64,000 nucleotides of DNA from a candidate division WOR-3 bacterium (GTDB taxonomy: Bacteria; Hydrothermota; Tepidihabitantia; Tepidihabitantales; Tepidihabitantaceae), in contig CBFGJX010000005.1 in NCBI GenBank assembly GCA_965649225.1, forward strand, positions 49,243 to 113,242, read 5' to 3'. The position numbers and the translations under genes were made by a program. Below, piece by piece: positions 45,594 to 54,192 of the stretch (positions are counted from its first letter, which is position 1; each line of letters begins with the position of its first letter). Under the pieces are notes generated by a model, which made no database searches, had not been told where the DNA came from, and was given only the letters and a program-made list of their open reading frames with translations.

Positions 45594-46211
45594 ATGGCAA
45601 GAGCAATTGAACCCAAGTGCAAGCGTTGCCGCAAGGCAAAGGAGAAGTTGTTTCTCCGCGGTGATAAGTGTCTGTCGGACAAATGCGTGTTGATGAGACG
45701 GGGCGAGGATACCGAAAAAACGGTCCGTCGTCGCCGCAGTCCGTCCCCGTATGCGGTCCAATTGCGGGAAAAGCAGATGTTGAAGCGGGTTTACGGAGTG
45801 CTGGAGACGCAGTTCCACAACTATTTCGAAAAGGCGGCGAAGACCCGCAATACCGCTGCCAGCCTGATAATTGCGCTGGAACGGCGGCTTGACAATGTTG
45901 TGTTTCGGCTCGGACTGGCAACATCGCGTTCCCAGGCGAGGCAGTTTGTGCGTCATGGGCACATTACCGTCGATGGCCGGAGGATTACGATTCCGTCCTA
46001 TCCTGTTAAGGCCGGGCAGGTGATCAGTGTCAGGGGGGAAAGCGCCAAGATGATCACGCCGTTGACAACTGGGCGCGAGCCGGCCATCAAGAGCTGGTTG
46101 AGCATGAACACGCAGACACTCACCGGGACAGTAGTCCGTCTGCCTGGCGTAGAGGATGTGAAAGACATTCCCTGTAACACGCAGTTGATCGTGGAGCTGT
46201 ATTCGAAATGA
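45594..46211 (+). CDS. rpsD: 30S ribosomal protein S4 (Zn-binding 4-Cys type)
   Basis: CKRCR...KC...[38 protein letters not shown]. Confidence 0.98.
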   Translation: MARAIEPKCKRCRKAKEKLFLRGDKCLSDKCVLMRRGEDTEKTVRRRRSPSPYAVQLREKQMLKRVYGVLETQFHNYFEKAAKTRNTAASLIIALERRLDNVVFRLGLATSRSQARQFVRHGHITVDGRRITIPSYPVKAGQVISVRGESAKMITPLTTGREPAIKSWLSMNTQTLTGTVVRLPGVEDVKDIPCNTQLIVELYSK

Positions 46212-47239
46212 AGCTCAAGCCATTTGTCATTCCCGAGCGATTCGAGGTTGATGCCGATACGGCGTCTGACACCTACAGCCGGTTTGCGGTCGCCCCGCTT
46301 GAGAAGGGATGGGGCCAGACCATTGGCAATTCTCTGCGCCGGGCGCTGCTCTCTTCGGTGCAGGGGGCGGCTGTTACCGAACTGCGGATTGAGGGTGTCG
46401 CGCATGAATTTACGACAATCGATGACGTCGTCGAGGATGTGTCAGAGATTGTCCTCAACCTCAAGAAGCTGCGATTGCGTCTTTGGTCGGAGACGCCCAA
46501 GCTTTGCCATCTGCATGCGAGCGGTAAACGTGAGTTCGCTGGTCGCGACCTGACCGTGCCACCGGAGGTTGTAATCGCCAATCCCGATCAGCCGATACTG
46601 ACAATCTCTGACAGCCGGCGCTCGGTGAATCTCGAGATGCTGGTCGAGAACGGTCGTGGTTATGTCAGAGCCGAACGGCTGAAGAAGAATCGAAATGCCC
46701 CCGAAGGCACCATCTTCCTTGACGCATTCTTCTCGCCGGTCAAGCGTGTCAACTACTGGGTGGAGAGCATGCGTGTGCTCGATCGGACGGATTTCGAGCG
46801 ACTGGTACTGGAAGTCTGGACGGACGGGACGGTGCGTCCAGATGAGGCGTTGATCCAGTCGGCGACAATCCTCAAGAACCACATGGCCGTACTGATTCCT
46901 TCGGACAAGGAGCCGGAGTTCATCGAAGAGGAAAAACTCTATCGTGATCGTGACAAGCTGGTTGAACTGCTGAAGATGGACATTGAAGAACTTGAGCTTT
47001 CCAATCGGGCATTGAACTGCTTGAAGAAGGGGCGTTCGAAGCGGACAGGCGAGAGGATAACGATAACAAACATCGCCGATCTCGTGCAGCGTTCAGAAAA
47101 GGACATGCTCGACATCGAGAATTTCGGCCGCAAATCACTTGAGGAGCTGAAGAAGGTACTGGAGGACGTTGGCTTGTCATTGGGTATGGATATCAGTGGC
47201 CTGCCGATAGCCGACAGGGAGTTGGAACCAAAGGAGTAG
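46208..47239 (+). CDS. rpoA: RNA polymerase alpha subunit
   Basis: [57 protein letters not shown]. Confidence 0.98.
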   Translation: MKLKPFVIPERFEVDADTASDTYSRFAVAPLEKGWGQTIGNSLRRALLSSVQGAAVTELRIEGVAHEFTTIDDVVEDVSEIVLNLKKLRLRLWSETPKLCHLHASGKREFAGRDLTVPPEVVIANPDQPILTISDSRRSVNLEMLVENGRGYVRAERLKKNRNAPEGTIFLDAFFSPVKRVNYWVESMRVLDRTDFERLVLEVWTDGTVRPDEALIQSATILKNHMAVLIPSDKEPEFIEEEKLYRDRDKLVELLKMDIEELELSNRALNCLKKGRSKRTGERITITNIADLVQRSEKDMLDIENFGRKSLEELKKVLEDVGLSLGMDISGLPIADRELEPKE

Positions 47240-47242
47240 CAT

Positions 47243-47734
47243 TTGCGCCACGGAGACAAGGTCAAGAAGCTTGGACGACGCGTTGGGCATCGGACGTCAT
47301 TGCTGAAGAATCTGGTAGCAGCGCTGTTTGTTCATGAAAGAATCAGGACGACCTTGCCCAAGGCGAAAGAGGCCCGGCGTCTCGCTGACCGGCTGATTTC
47401 TTTTGCGCTCTCGAACACTGTTGCAGCGCGGCGCGAGGCAGCCAAGACAATTACAGACAAGGCGTTGCTGAAAAAGCTTTTCAACGAAATCGGCCCGCGT
47501 TTCGTCGATCGCCCGGGTGGCTGGACAAGGGTATTGCGGCTTGGCCCCAGACTGGGCGATGCGGCTGAAATGGCGATTCTTGAGCTGGTGGTGAGGAAGG
47601 AAAGCTATAAGGAGCTGGCGGCCAAGGAGAGGGCTGCTAAGGAACGCGGTTCCAAGGGTCGCGGGGGCAAGACCGGGAAAACTGACAAGGGTGCAGCGCC
47701 GTCAGAGGGCAGGCGCAAGAAGGGTGAGGCGTGA
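47243..47734 (+). CDS. rplQ: 50S ribosomal protein L17 with basic C-terminal extension
   Basis: MRHG...KLGR, ERIRTTLPKAKE, RPGGWTR, GDAAEMAILEL. Confidence 0.97.
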   Translation: MRHGDKVKKLGRRVGHRTSLLKNLVAALFVHERIRTTLPKAKEARRLADRLISFALSNTVAARREAAKTITDKALLKKLFNEIGPRFVDRPGGWTRVLRLGPRLGDAAEMAILELVVRKESYKELAAKERAAKERGSKGRGGKTGKTDKGAAPSEGRRKKGEA

Positions 47735-47801
47735 GCTTCTCCGGGGCGCCAATGCCGAATGATGTCTGCTGTTCCGTCTGAACATCAGTCAGGACCCTTT
47801 T

Positions 47802-47836
47802 GCGGCGGCGTGTGGTTGGCGCCGCCGCCCTCTTTT
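47802..47836 (+). terminator. Possible intrinsic terminator after rplQ
   Basis: 9-bp stem GCGGCGGCG / CGCCGCCGC followed by CCTCTTTT. Confidence 0.55.
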
Positions 47837-47844
47837 GGGACGAG

Positions 47845-48585
47845 ATGACCGCAATCGTGCTTGCCGCTGGCAGGAGTCGCAGAATGAACGCCGACCGGCC
47901 GAAAGTCTTGCTGTCGGCCCTCGGGCGTCCACTGGTTGATTATGTCATCGCAGCTGCTCGTTCGGGAGGAGCACGAAGGGTCATTGTGGTCGTTGGATTC
48001 GGTCGGGAACAGGTTGTTGAAGCTCTCAGACAGTGCCGCGTTGAGTTTGCTGTTCAGGATGAGCCCAGGGGAACCGCCGATGCCGTCCTCGCCTGCCAAG
48101 GGATGATTGCACCGGAGGAAGATGTAGTTGTGCTTTGCGGTGATGCACCGTTGATTAGTCCTAACTCCATACGTCAGCTGGCTGAGGCCAGAAGAACTGC
48201 CGCAGCAACCATTGCGATTTTGACGGCGGTTCTCAGTGACCCGGCCGGCTACGGGCGGATCATCAGAAATGAGAATGGCGATGTCGCGCGGATAGTTGAG
48301 TGTCGTGATGCCAAGTCAGAAGAGCTGGAAGTGCGTGAGGTGAATTCCGGCGTCTATTCGTTTAATTGGGGCGAGGTCCTGCCGGTATTGAAAGGCATCA
48401 GGCCAAGCCCAAACACCGGCGAGTATTATCTGACCGACATAGTGGCAGAGGTCGTGCGTACCGGCAGACGGGTCATCGGAGTGCAGGCGGTAGACCCGGA
48501 GGAGATGCTGGGCGCAAATACACCGCAGGAACTGGAACAGGTTGTTCGAATTCTCGCCGGCCGGCGCGAGAGTTTGTCTGGGTGA
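47845..48585 (+). CDS. GlmU-like uridyltransferase domain only (no LbH acetyltransferase domain)
   Basis: VLAAG..RM...PKVL, Q..PRGTADAV, LCGDAPL, GYGRIIR, EVNSGVY, GEYYLTD, GANT. Confidence 0.88.
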   Translation: MTAIVLAAGRSRRMNADRPKVLLSALGRPLVDYVIAAARSGGARRVIVVVGFGREQVVEALRQCRVEFAVQDEPRGTADAVLACQGMIAPEEDVVVLCGDAPLISPNSIRQLAEARRTAAATIAILTAVLSDPAGYGRIIRNENGDVARIVECRDAKSEELEVREVNSGVYSFNWGEVLPVLKGIRPSPNTGEYYLTDIVAEVVRTGRRVIGVQAVDPEEMLGANTPQELEQVVRILAGRRESLSG

Positions 48586-49040
48586 GAAACCTGTTGCCGT
48601 GGTCCGTGCTTGCCATTGTTGTCCTTGGGTCGGCTTTTTCCGTGTTGTGGCGTTTTCGCCCCCGGATAGTCAGGCCGCAGTTTGACCCTGACGTGATACG
48701 GATTGAGGTCCTGAACGGGTGCTGTGAGCCACGGCTGGCGCGGACGGTTGCCGACGAACTGCAAAAACGTGGCTACAATGTCTATTCAACTGGCGACGCA
48801 CCGTCACGGTGCGCAAGGACTGCGATTGTCGACCTGCGAGACACGGCTGCCAGTTCCGCGCGATTGATTGCGCAGTGTCTGGTCGCCGACTATCGACCAC
48901 GGATTCTGGACGTTCCAATCGGTAGGGCCGTCCAACCAGTTGTGCGAGTTGAGCTGGATTCGGCACGTTATCTGGAAGTCAGGATATTGCTGGGCGAAGA
49001 CTGGCGTAAGCTCTTTCCCGGAATCATGTTGTTGAGGTAA
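48582..49040 (+). CDS. LytR C-terminal domain membrane protein
   Basis: N-terminal TM, IEVLNGC...LA.....L...GY, ILLGED; usual neighbour of rsfS. Confidence 0.82.
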   Translation: MRNLLPWSVLAIVVLGSAFSVLWRFRPRIVRPQFDPDVIRIEVLNGCCEPRLARTVADELQKRGYNVYSTGDAPSRCARTAIVDLRDTAASSARLIAQCLVADYRPRILDVPIGRAVQPVVRVELDSARYLEVRILLGEDWRKLFPGIMLLR

Positions 49041-49041
49041 C

Positions 49042-49392
49042 GTGGATAGTCAAGAAGTTGCCAGAGTGGCAGCCGACATCTGCAGCGCCAAACAGGCGGA
49101 TGACGTGCTGATGCTTGACCTGCGCGAGCATTCCGGACTGGCGGACTGGTTTGTACTGGCAACGGCTTCCTCGACGGTGCATGCCCAGGCAGTAGCGCGC
49201 GCTGTTATGGAAGGTCTGTTGACTCGTGGCGTCAAGCTGCATCACGCCGAGGGTGAGACGGCGGCTGAGTGGATACTCCTTGACTATCTGACAGTGGTGG
49301 TGCATATTTTCTTGAGTGACATTCGTCAGTTCTATGGCTTGGAGCGTCTCTGGGGTGATGTTCCAGCGCAGTCTGTCCGCAGCAGTCCCTGA
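49042..49392 (+). CDS. rsfS: Ribosome silencing factor RsfS
   Basis: KQADDV..LDL, DWFVLAT, WILLDY, VVVHIF, RQFYGLERLWGD. Confidence 0.95.
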   Translation: MDSQEVARVAADICSAKQADDVLMLDLREHSGLADWFVLATASSTVHAQAVARAVMEGLLTRGVKLHHAEGETAAEWILLDYLTVVVHIFLSDIRQFYGLERLWGDVPAQSVRSSP

Positions 49393-49440
49393 ATTTATCC
49401 CGGTGAATCGTCTGTCACAACTGGGTGTCTTGCCGAGGAG

Positions 49441-49902
49441 GTGTTTTTGAACCTTACGTCTCTGTTGAGGCCGGACCGGATCAATCTTGACCTTAAGGCC
49501 CGACGTAAACCTGAGGTGCTTCGCGAGCTGGTTGCGATGGTTTCGAAAGACAACGCGGAGCTTTTGCTGCAAACGCTGATGAAGCGAGAAGAACTGGGTT
49601 CGACCGGTATTGGCAAAGGAATCGCGATTCCCCACGGGCGTTCGTTACTGATTGACAAGCTAGAGATGGCCGTCGGCCGTTCGACCAAGGGTGTTGATTA
49701 CGAAGCGATCGACAAGAAGCCGGCGCATCTGTTTTTTCTGATTATGGCACCGCCGCAGGACCCGGGCAATCAGTATCTGATTACGCTGGGACGGGTCGCG
49801 ATGGTGTGCCAGGAGCTGACAAAGAAAAAGCGTATATTCGATCCCCAGACCCCTGAGGAGTTTATTGAACTTGTGCGGGCACTGGAGGACAAGATCCGAT
49901 GA
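49441..49902 (+). CDS. ptsN: PTS EIIA (Ntr/Fru type)
   Basis: REELGSTGIGKGIAIPHGR with the phospho-His. Confidence 0.88.
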   Translation: MFLNLTSLLRPDRINLDLKARRKPEVLRELVAMVSKDNAELLLQTLMKREELGSTGIGKGIAIPHGRSLLIDKLEMAVGRSTKGVDYEAIDKKPAHLFFLIMAPPQDPGNQYLITLGRVAMVCQELTKKKRIFDPQTPEEFIELVRALEDKIR

Positions 49903-50249
49903 ACCCGAAGGTCGAGACATTGCGTTCGTTGGAGGAATTCGATCACGTTTTGCGTGACATCGAAACCGAGGACTACCAATCGGTCGGTTTTGAGGGAGTG
50001 AAGGCCTCCGATGAATTCGTCAGACTGGCTGAGCGGGAGCGCGCAAAGTTGACCAAGAAGATCGACCCGCGCATATTGGCACAATATGAGAGAATAATGA
50101 AGCGTTACGGCGGGCGCGTGGTTGTGCAGGTTATCAAAGAGTTCTGCGGCGGCTGCTATGTTAAACTGCCTTCTGAGCTTGCTGCGCGTTGTCGGACTGA
50201 GCTGGTCAGTTGTCCCAACTGCGGCCGTTTTCTGTACTATGTAAAGTAG
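49899..50249 (+). CDS. Short C4 zinc-ribbon (DUF164-like) protein
   Basis: ID..IL.QYERI, CGGCYVKLP, CPNCGRFLY. Confidence 0.85.
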   Translation: MNPKVETLRSLEEFDHVLRDIETEDYQSVGFEGVKASDEFVRLAERERAKLTKKIDPRILAQYERIMKRYGGRVVVQVIKEFCGGCYVKLPSELAARCRTELVSCPNCGRFLYYVK

Positions 50250-52201
50250 TGTTGTCGATTCCGGCAAGACACGTACCCTGGTCGAATCCCATCAGGCACG
50301 CCAGGGTCGTGCTTTTACTGGCACTGTGTACTTGTCACCGGCCGAGCTGGGAATCGACTCTCGCCGTGCCGATTATATCCCGACGTTTCACGATAAGCGA
50401 TTTGGGATTCATTCCTTACGTTGGTCAACTTGAGCCCGGCCCGAATGGTGTTCTTCACTTCAATATCCGGTATCACACCGATACGCTGAGGGCGTCGGAC
50501 GTGGTCACTGTCTTTTCCGGTCGGAGTGAGCTGCGTTCTGCGCTGCCCGATTTCGTACTTTCGCCGATTGGTATGGCGAGAGTTTCTCTTGCGACCAGCA
50601 GTCTGGCCGGGATTAGGGTAATCGACTCGCTGCTGGTTGTTGTTCCGCCGTTTGTGGCGGAGACATCTTTGATTGCCCGGATAGACGGTCTCGACTCGAT
50701 TCTGGCTGCAGAAGCCGTGATGCATGTCACAATCGACAATCGCAGCGACCTGCGGCTTGACTCGGTTTTCGTCAGGCTGCCGCACGCCGGCGGGACCGTT
50801 TTTGCCGGCGAGCTTCAGTCAAGGGCGAGCATGTCGCAGCGCACGGTAATTGGTCAGGTAGTGCTGCGTGATCCGTTGACCGCAGTTATTGCCGTCAACT
50901 GCCGGGGCAGTGACGGTGAGTCACTCTGGCTTCGGGCGAGTGACTCGCTGATTGTTTCAATACTGCTGGATTCGTTACGTGTCTTGGGGGGCAGGCTTGA
51001 GTTGGGACAAACGACAAGAGCGGGCACGGCGCGGACGGATTCGCTCTTCCTGAACGGACGTCACCGAGTCAGAGTCGACTCAGCAGTCATCAGCTCGGGG
51101 TCTGTCGGTGTTCAGCTGACCAACCGGTTGCCATTCGGAGTGTGTTGTTCGCTCTTTCTGGTCGAGGTTGGTCGAGGGCAGATTCTCGAGCTCGGCCCTG
51201 GGGATTCGCTGTCTTGGGTAGCGGATCTGGCGGGATTGACATACAGCAATTCCAACCCCGATTCAAGTCAGCTGACGCTGGACTGCCGGATCGCTGGTCA
51301 ATTGCCAGGCGGCGTGGTCGAATTGGCACAGGACGATGCGGTCAACATTGTAACGCAGGTTGAAAGCGTGTCGGTTTGCTACCTGTACGCTCTGGTTTTG
51401 GACACGATCTGGGGTCCAGTTGTGGCCGAGACACTGAGCTGGCAGTTGCCGGACAGTCTGAGGGCATTACCAATTCGATTGAGCTCGGTGATGCTGACCG
51501 GTGAGATGTACAGCGCATTCAACGTGGGTGGTGTGTGCGACCTTTGGTTCGAAGCCCGCGAGCCGGGTGGCAGTGTTGCCAGGGAGTCAGTTCGTTGTGC
51601 TGTCCCGCCGGGTACGCCGCAGGCCCCAAGTAGCGGACGTTTTGAGATTGACGTTTCGCGCCTGGTCAACATCATTCCCGACAGGCTCTGCGTCAGTGGC
51701 CGTTTCGGACTGGCCGGGCCGGCGGAGGTCTGGACCGGTTCGTTCGTTACCGGTCAGGGTTCGGCGGCGGTGCCGATGCGGGTCAAGCTGCTGCCGTTCG
51801 TATATCGGCTCGGTCCCTGGCTGGTACCACTGGACTCGGTTTTGCGCAAGTTCACCAATGCTTATGTTCGTGGCGCTGAAATCAGGGCGGATCTATCTAA
51901 CCATTTGCCCCTTTCCTTGGGTGCCGAGCTGTTGTTATGGAGTTCTGAGCTTGACACTGTGCGGGTAGCGACGGCGATTCCACAACCGTCGATTGACCCG
52001 GTCAATGGCTGGGTGATCGCTCCAGCCGACACATCGGTTGTCGTTGGGCTTGACAGTACCGGAGTGGCAACTCTCGGGCGGGAACCCTGCTTTGCCCGTT
52101 TGTTGCTGTTTTTCCCTGAAACCGACACGATCGCTCTGCGCTCGGAAGACTACTTTCAGATTGATTCCGCTGTGCTGCGCCTGAGACTTGATTTCAAGTG
52201 A
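50249..52201 (+). CDS. Hypothetical beta-rich probable lipoprotein (start uncertain)
   Basis: Hydrophobic VVLLLALCTC, then PSWE..LAVP; long beta-strand-rich body. Confidence 0.6.
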   Translation: MLSIPARHVPWSNPIRHARVVLLLALCTCHRPSWESTLAVPIISRRFTISDLGFIPYVGQLEPGPNGVLHFNIRYHTDTLRASDVVTVFSGRSELRSALPDFVLSPIGMARVSLATSSLAGIRVIDSLLVVVPPFVAETSLIARIDGLDSILAAEAVMHVTIDNRSDLRLDSVFVRLPHAGGTVFAGELQSRASMSQRTVIGQVVLRDPLTAVIAVNCRGSDGESLWLRASDSLIVSILLDSLRVLGGRLELGQTTRAGTARTDSLFLNGRHRVRVDSAVISSGSVGVQLTNRLPFGVCCSLFLVEVGRGQILELGPGDSLSWVADLAGLTYSNSNPDSSQLTLDCRIAGQLPGGVVELAQDDAVNIVTQVESVSVCYLYALVLDTIWGPVVAETLSWQLPDSLRALPIRLSSVMLTGEMYSAFNVGGVCDLWFEAREPGGSVARESVRCAVPPGTPQAPSSGRFEIDVSRLVNIIPDRLCVSGRFGLAGPAEVWTGSFVTGQGSAAVPMRVKLLPFVYRLGPWLVPLDSVLRKFTNAYVRGAEIRADLSNHLPLSLGAELLLWSSELDTVRVATAIPQPSIDPVNGWVIAPADTSVVVGLDSTGVATLGREPCFARLLLFFPETDTIALRSEDYFQIDSAVLRLRLDFK

Positions 52202-53418
52202 TGGTGACGGCGCTGGTACTGGTTCTGGCAGTATGGGATCCAGTAATGCTGGGCTCCGGACCCGACCCGGTTTTGAGTGTTGGCTGTGATGCTGTCGGGC
52301 GAAATCCGGCACTGCTGACAGCGAGACAGGGCCCGCCGGGTTCACTGTGCTTCGTTGGCGTTCGTTCCTATCTCAGCAGTGACTGGTTGCCATTCAACAT
52401 GGTGATGGCTTCGTTGACTCGGAGTTTGCGTCTTGACAGCATGACCAAGCGTAGTGTGTTGGATGGGATGCGGGGCGACCTGGGCGGCCTTGGGGCGCAG
52501 ACCACGGTAGAGTTGTTGGGCTTTCATTTCTGGCGGTTGGGGGGCAGGGTATTGTTCCGCGAAGAACTCAATCTGATGATTCCCGAGGACATTGCCGAGA
52601 TTGTGTTAATCGGCAATGAACTGGGTCGTGTCTATCGTTTGAGCGGGTTTAGTTCAGATACTTTCAAATACTCGGCTGTCTGCCTGGGGACGGGATTTGT
52701 ACCTTACCAATCGCGCGCATTGACCGTCAGTGCCGGGCTGACAGCATCCTGGCTGCATGGCATCAGATACCGGCGTACGCTTGTGTCGGACGGGCAGCTG
52801 ATTGCAGGACAGAGATACGTATCTGCCAGCTATCAGAGTGAAGTTCAGCTTTCCTCGGGGGGCGACGGTTTTGCTTTGGACTATGGTCTGGCATTGGACC
52901 TGGGCAAGAGTTGGCGCGCAGGAATTCACGCTTCCAATCTGCCGGGTATCATTCTCTGGAATCGAAATTGCTCCATTCGCAGTACTTCGGCGACACTCGA
53001 TTCTGCTGACCTCTGGGCTTTGCTGCAGGCCGGCGCGCTGGAGTCGCTCTATCATGCTTCTACGAGTGTCGAACCTGTTGCCGGATTTAACTCACAGTTG
53101 CCGGCAGAGTTGGCGGTCGGGCTGGGTTTCGTTGGCAGCGCATCTTTCGGTGCTTCGCTGGTCGGCGGTTGGACCGCGGGAGGGTTCGCAAGCGCGACGC
53201 GGTCATTTGTCGGTACTCGTCTGGCCGTACGGATACTGCGGGCAGTGGCTTTGGGCGCCGATCTGACATGGCTGGCAGAAGTTGGGTCAGTTGCAGGGTT
53301 ACACTTGGGTTGGCGGACGAGGGGTCTGACAACAGCTGTCTCATTCCAGGTGCCAGTTGAGCAGTGCCGTCGGACCACTGATGCGGCCGCAGAATTCCGC
53401 CTCGGTTACGTCTACTGA
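52198..53418 (+). CDS. Probable outer-membrane beta-barrel (DUF5723/TraF-like)
   Basis: Signal peptide, NPALL, GFALDYG, C-terminal FRLGYVY beta-signal. Confidence 0.6.
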   Translation: MMVTALVLVLAVWDPVMLGSGPDPVLSVGCDAVGRNPALLTARQGPPGSLCFVGVRSYLSSDWLPFNMVMASLTRSLRLDSMTKRSVLDGMRGDLGGLGAQTTVELLGFHFWRLGGRVLFREELNLMIPEDIAEIVLIGNELGRVYRLSGFSSDTFKYSAVCLGTGFVPYQSRALTVSAGLTASWLHGIRYRRTLVSDGQLIAGQRYVSASYQSEVQLSSGGDGFALDYGLALDLGKSWRAGIHASNLPGIILWNRNCSIRSTSATLDSADLWALLQAGALESLYHASTSVEPVAGFNSQLPAELAVGLGFVGSASFGASLVGGWTAGGFASATRSFVGTRLAVRILRAVALGADLTWLAEVGSVAGLHLGWRTRGLTTAVSFQVPVEQCRRTTDAAAEFRLGYVY

Positions 53419-53424
53419 GAATGC

Positions 53425-54192
53425 ATGATCATGGGGCTGGTTTTGTTGTTCGCGGCGTTTGAGTATTCTCTCGGCAGCATGCCGGTGACGGCTGTTCTGA
53501 GCGGAATCAGGCAGGCAGACTGGTGTTGCTACTCGCTAAGCCCCACCAGTGCTGCTGGTGTGCCTCGCCTTGGGGCTATGGCGGCCTGCACGGAGCCGTA
53601 CGGCATTGACAGACTGCTGGCGGGTCAACTCGCAGTGGCCGGAAGACTGGGAACATTAGGGCTCGTCGGATCGGTTCATTCACTGCACTTTTCCGGTTAT
53701 GGTGAAACCGACCTGCAGCTTTCCTCAGGAATTGCGGCGGACAGGCTCGTTTTCGGAGCCAGTGCCCATCTGCTGATGAGTTCTGACATGGGGCGCGCAC
53801 AGGAATTTGTTCCGGCTTTCGATGCCGGCGTTGCATGGCGCAACAGCAGTTTCATTCTGGGGCTCGACGCCCGGCGGTTCAACACACCGATCGTCGGGGA
53901 CGGCATCGTGCCGGCGAGGCTTGTTTTTTCCGGCAGCTGGTTCCCGGCTGCCGATTTTGCCGCCCGGGCTGAATTGTCCGCTGCGCAGCAGGAACAGGCG
54001 GCGGCGTTAGCTGCCGAATTTCGTCTGGCAGGTATCGCTGCCGTCCGTGCCGGCATTGGGACAACACCGCTGAGATACGCGTTTGGTTTGGGGGTCGAGC
54101 GATCGGGCTGCAGTTTCGGTTACTGCTACGAACTCAATCCGGTTTTGGGCGGTTCGCACATCGTCCAAATTGCCGCAAGTTGGCGTCGGTAA
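53425..54192 (+). CDS. Probable small outer-membrane barrel (PorV/PorQ-like family, weak)
   Basis: Signal peptide, PYGI..L, YGE, FDAG, C-terminal NPVLGGSH.....W. Confidence 0.5.
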   Translation: MIMGLVLLFAAFEYSLGSMPVTAVLSGIRQADWCCYSLSPTSAAGVPRLGAMAACTEPYGIDRLLAGQLAVAGRLGTLGLVGSVHSLHFSGYGETDLQLSSGIAADRLVFGASAHLLMSSDMGRAQEFVPAFDAGVAWRNSSFILGLDARRFNTPIVGDGIVPARLVFSGSWFPAADFAARAELSAAQQEQAAALAAEFRLAGIAAVRAGIGTTPLRYAFGLGVERSGCSFGYCYELNPVLGGSHIVQIAASWRR

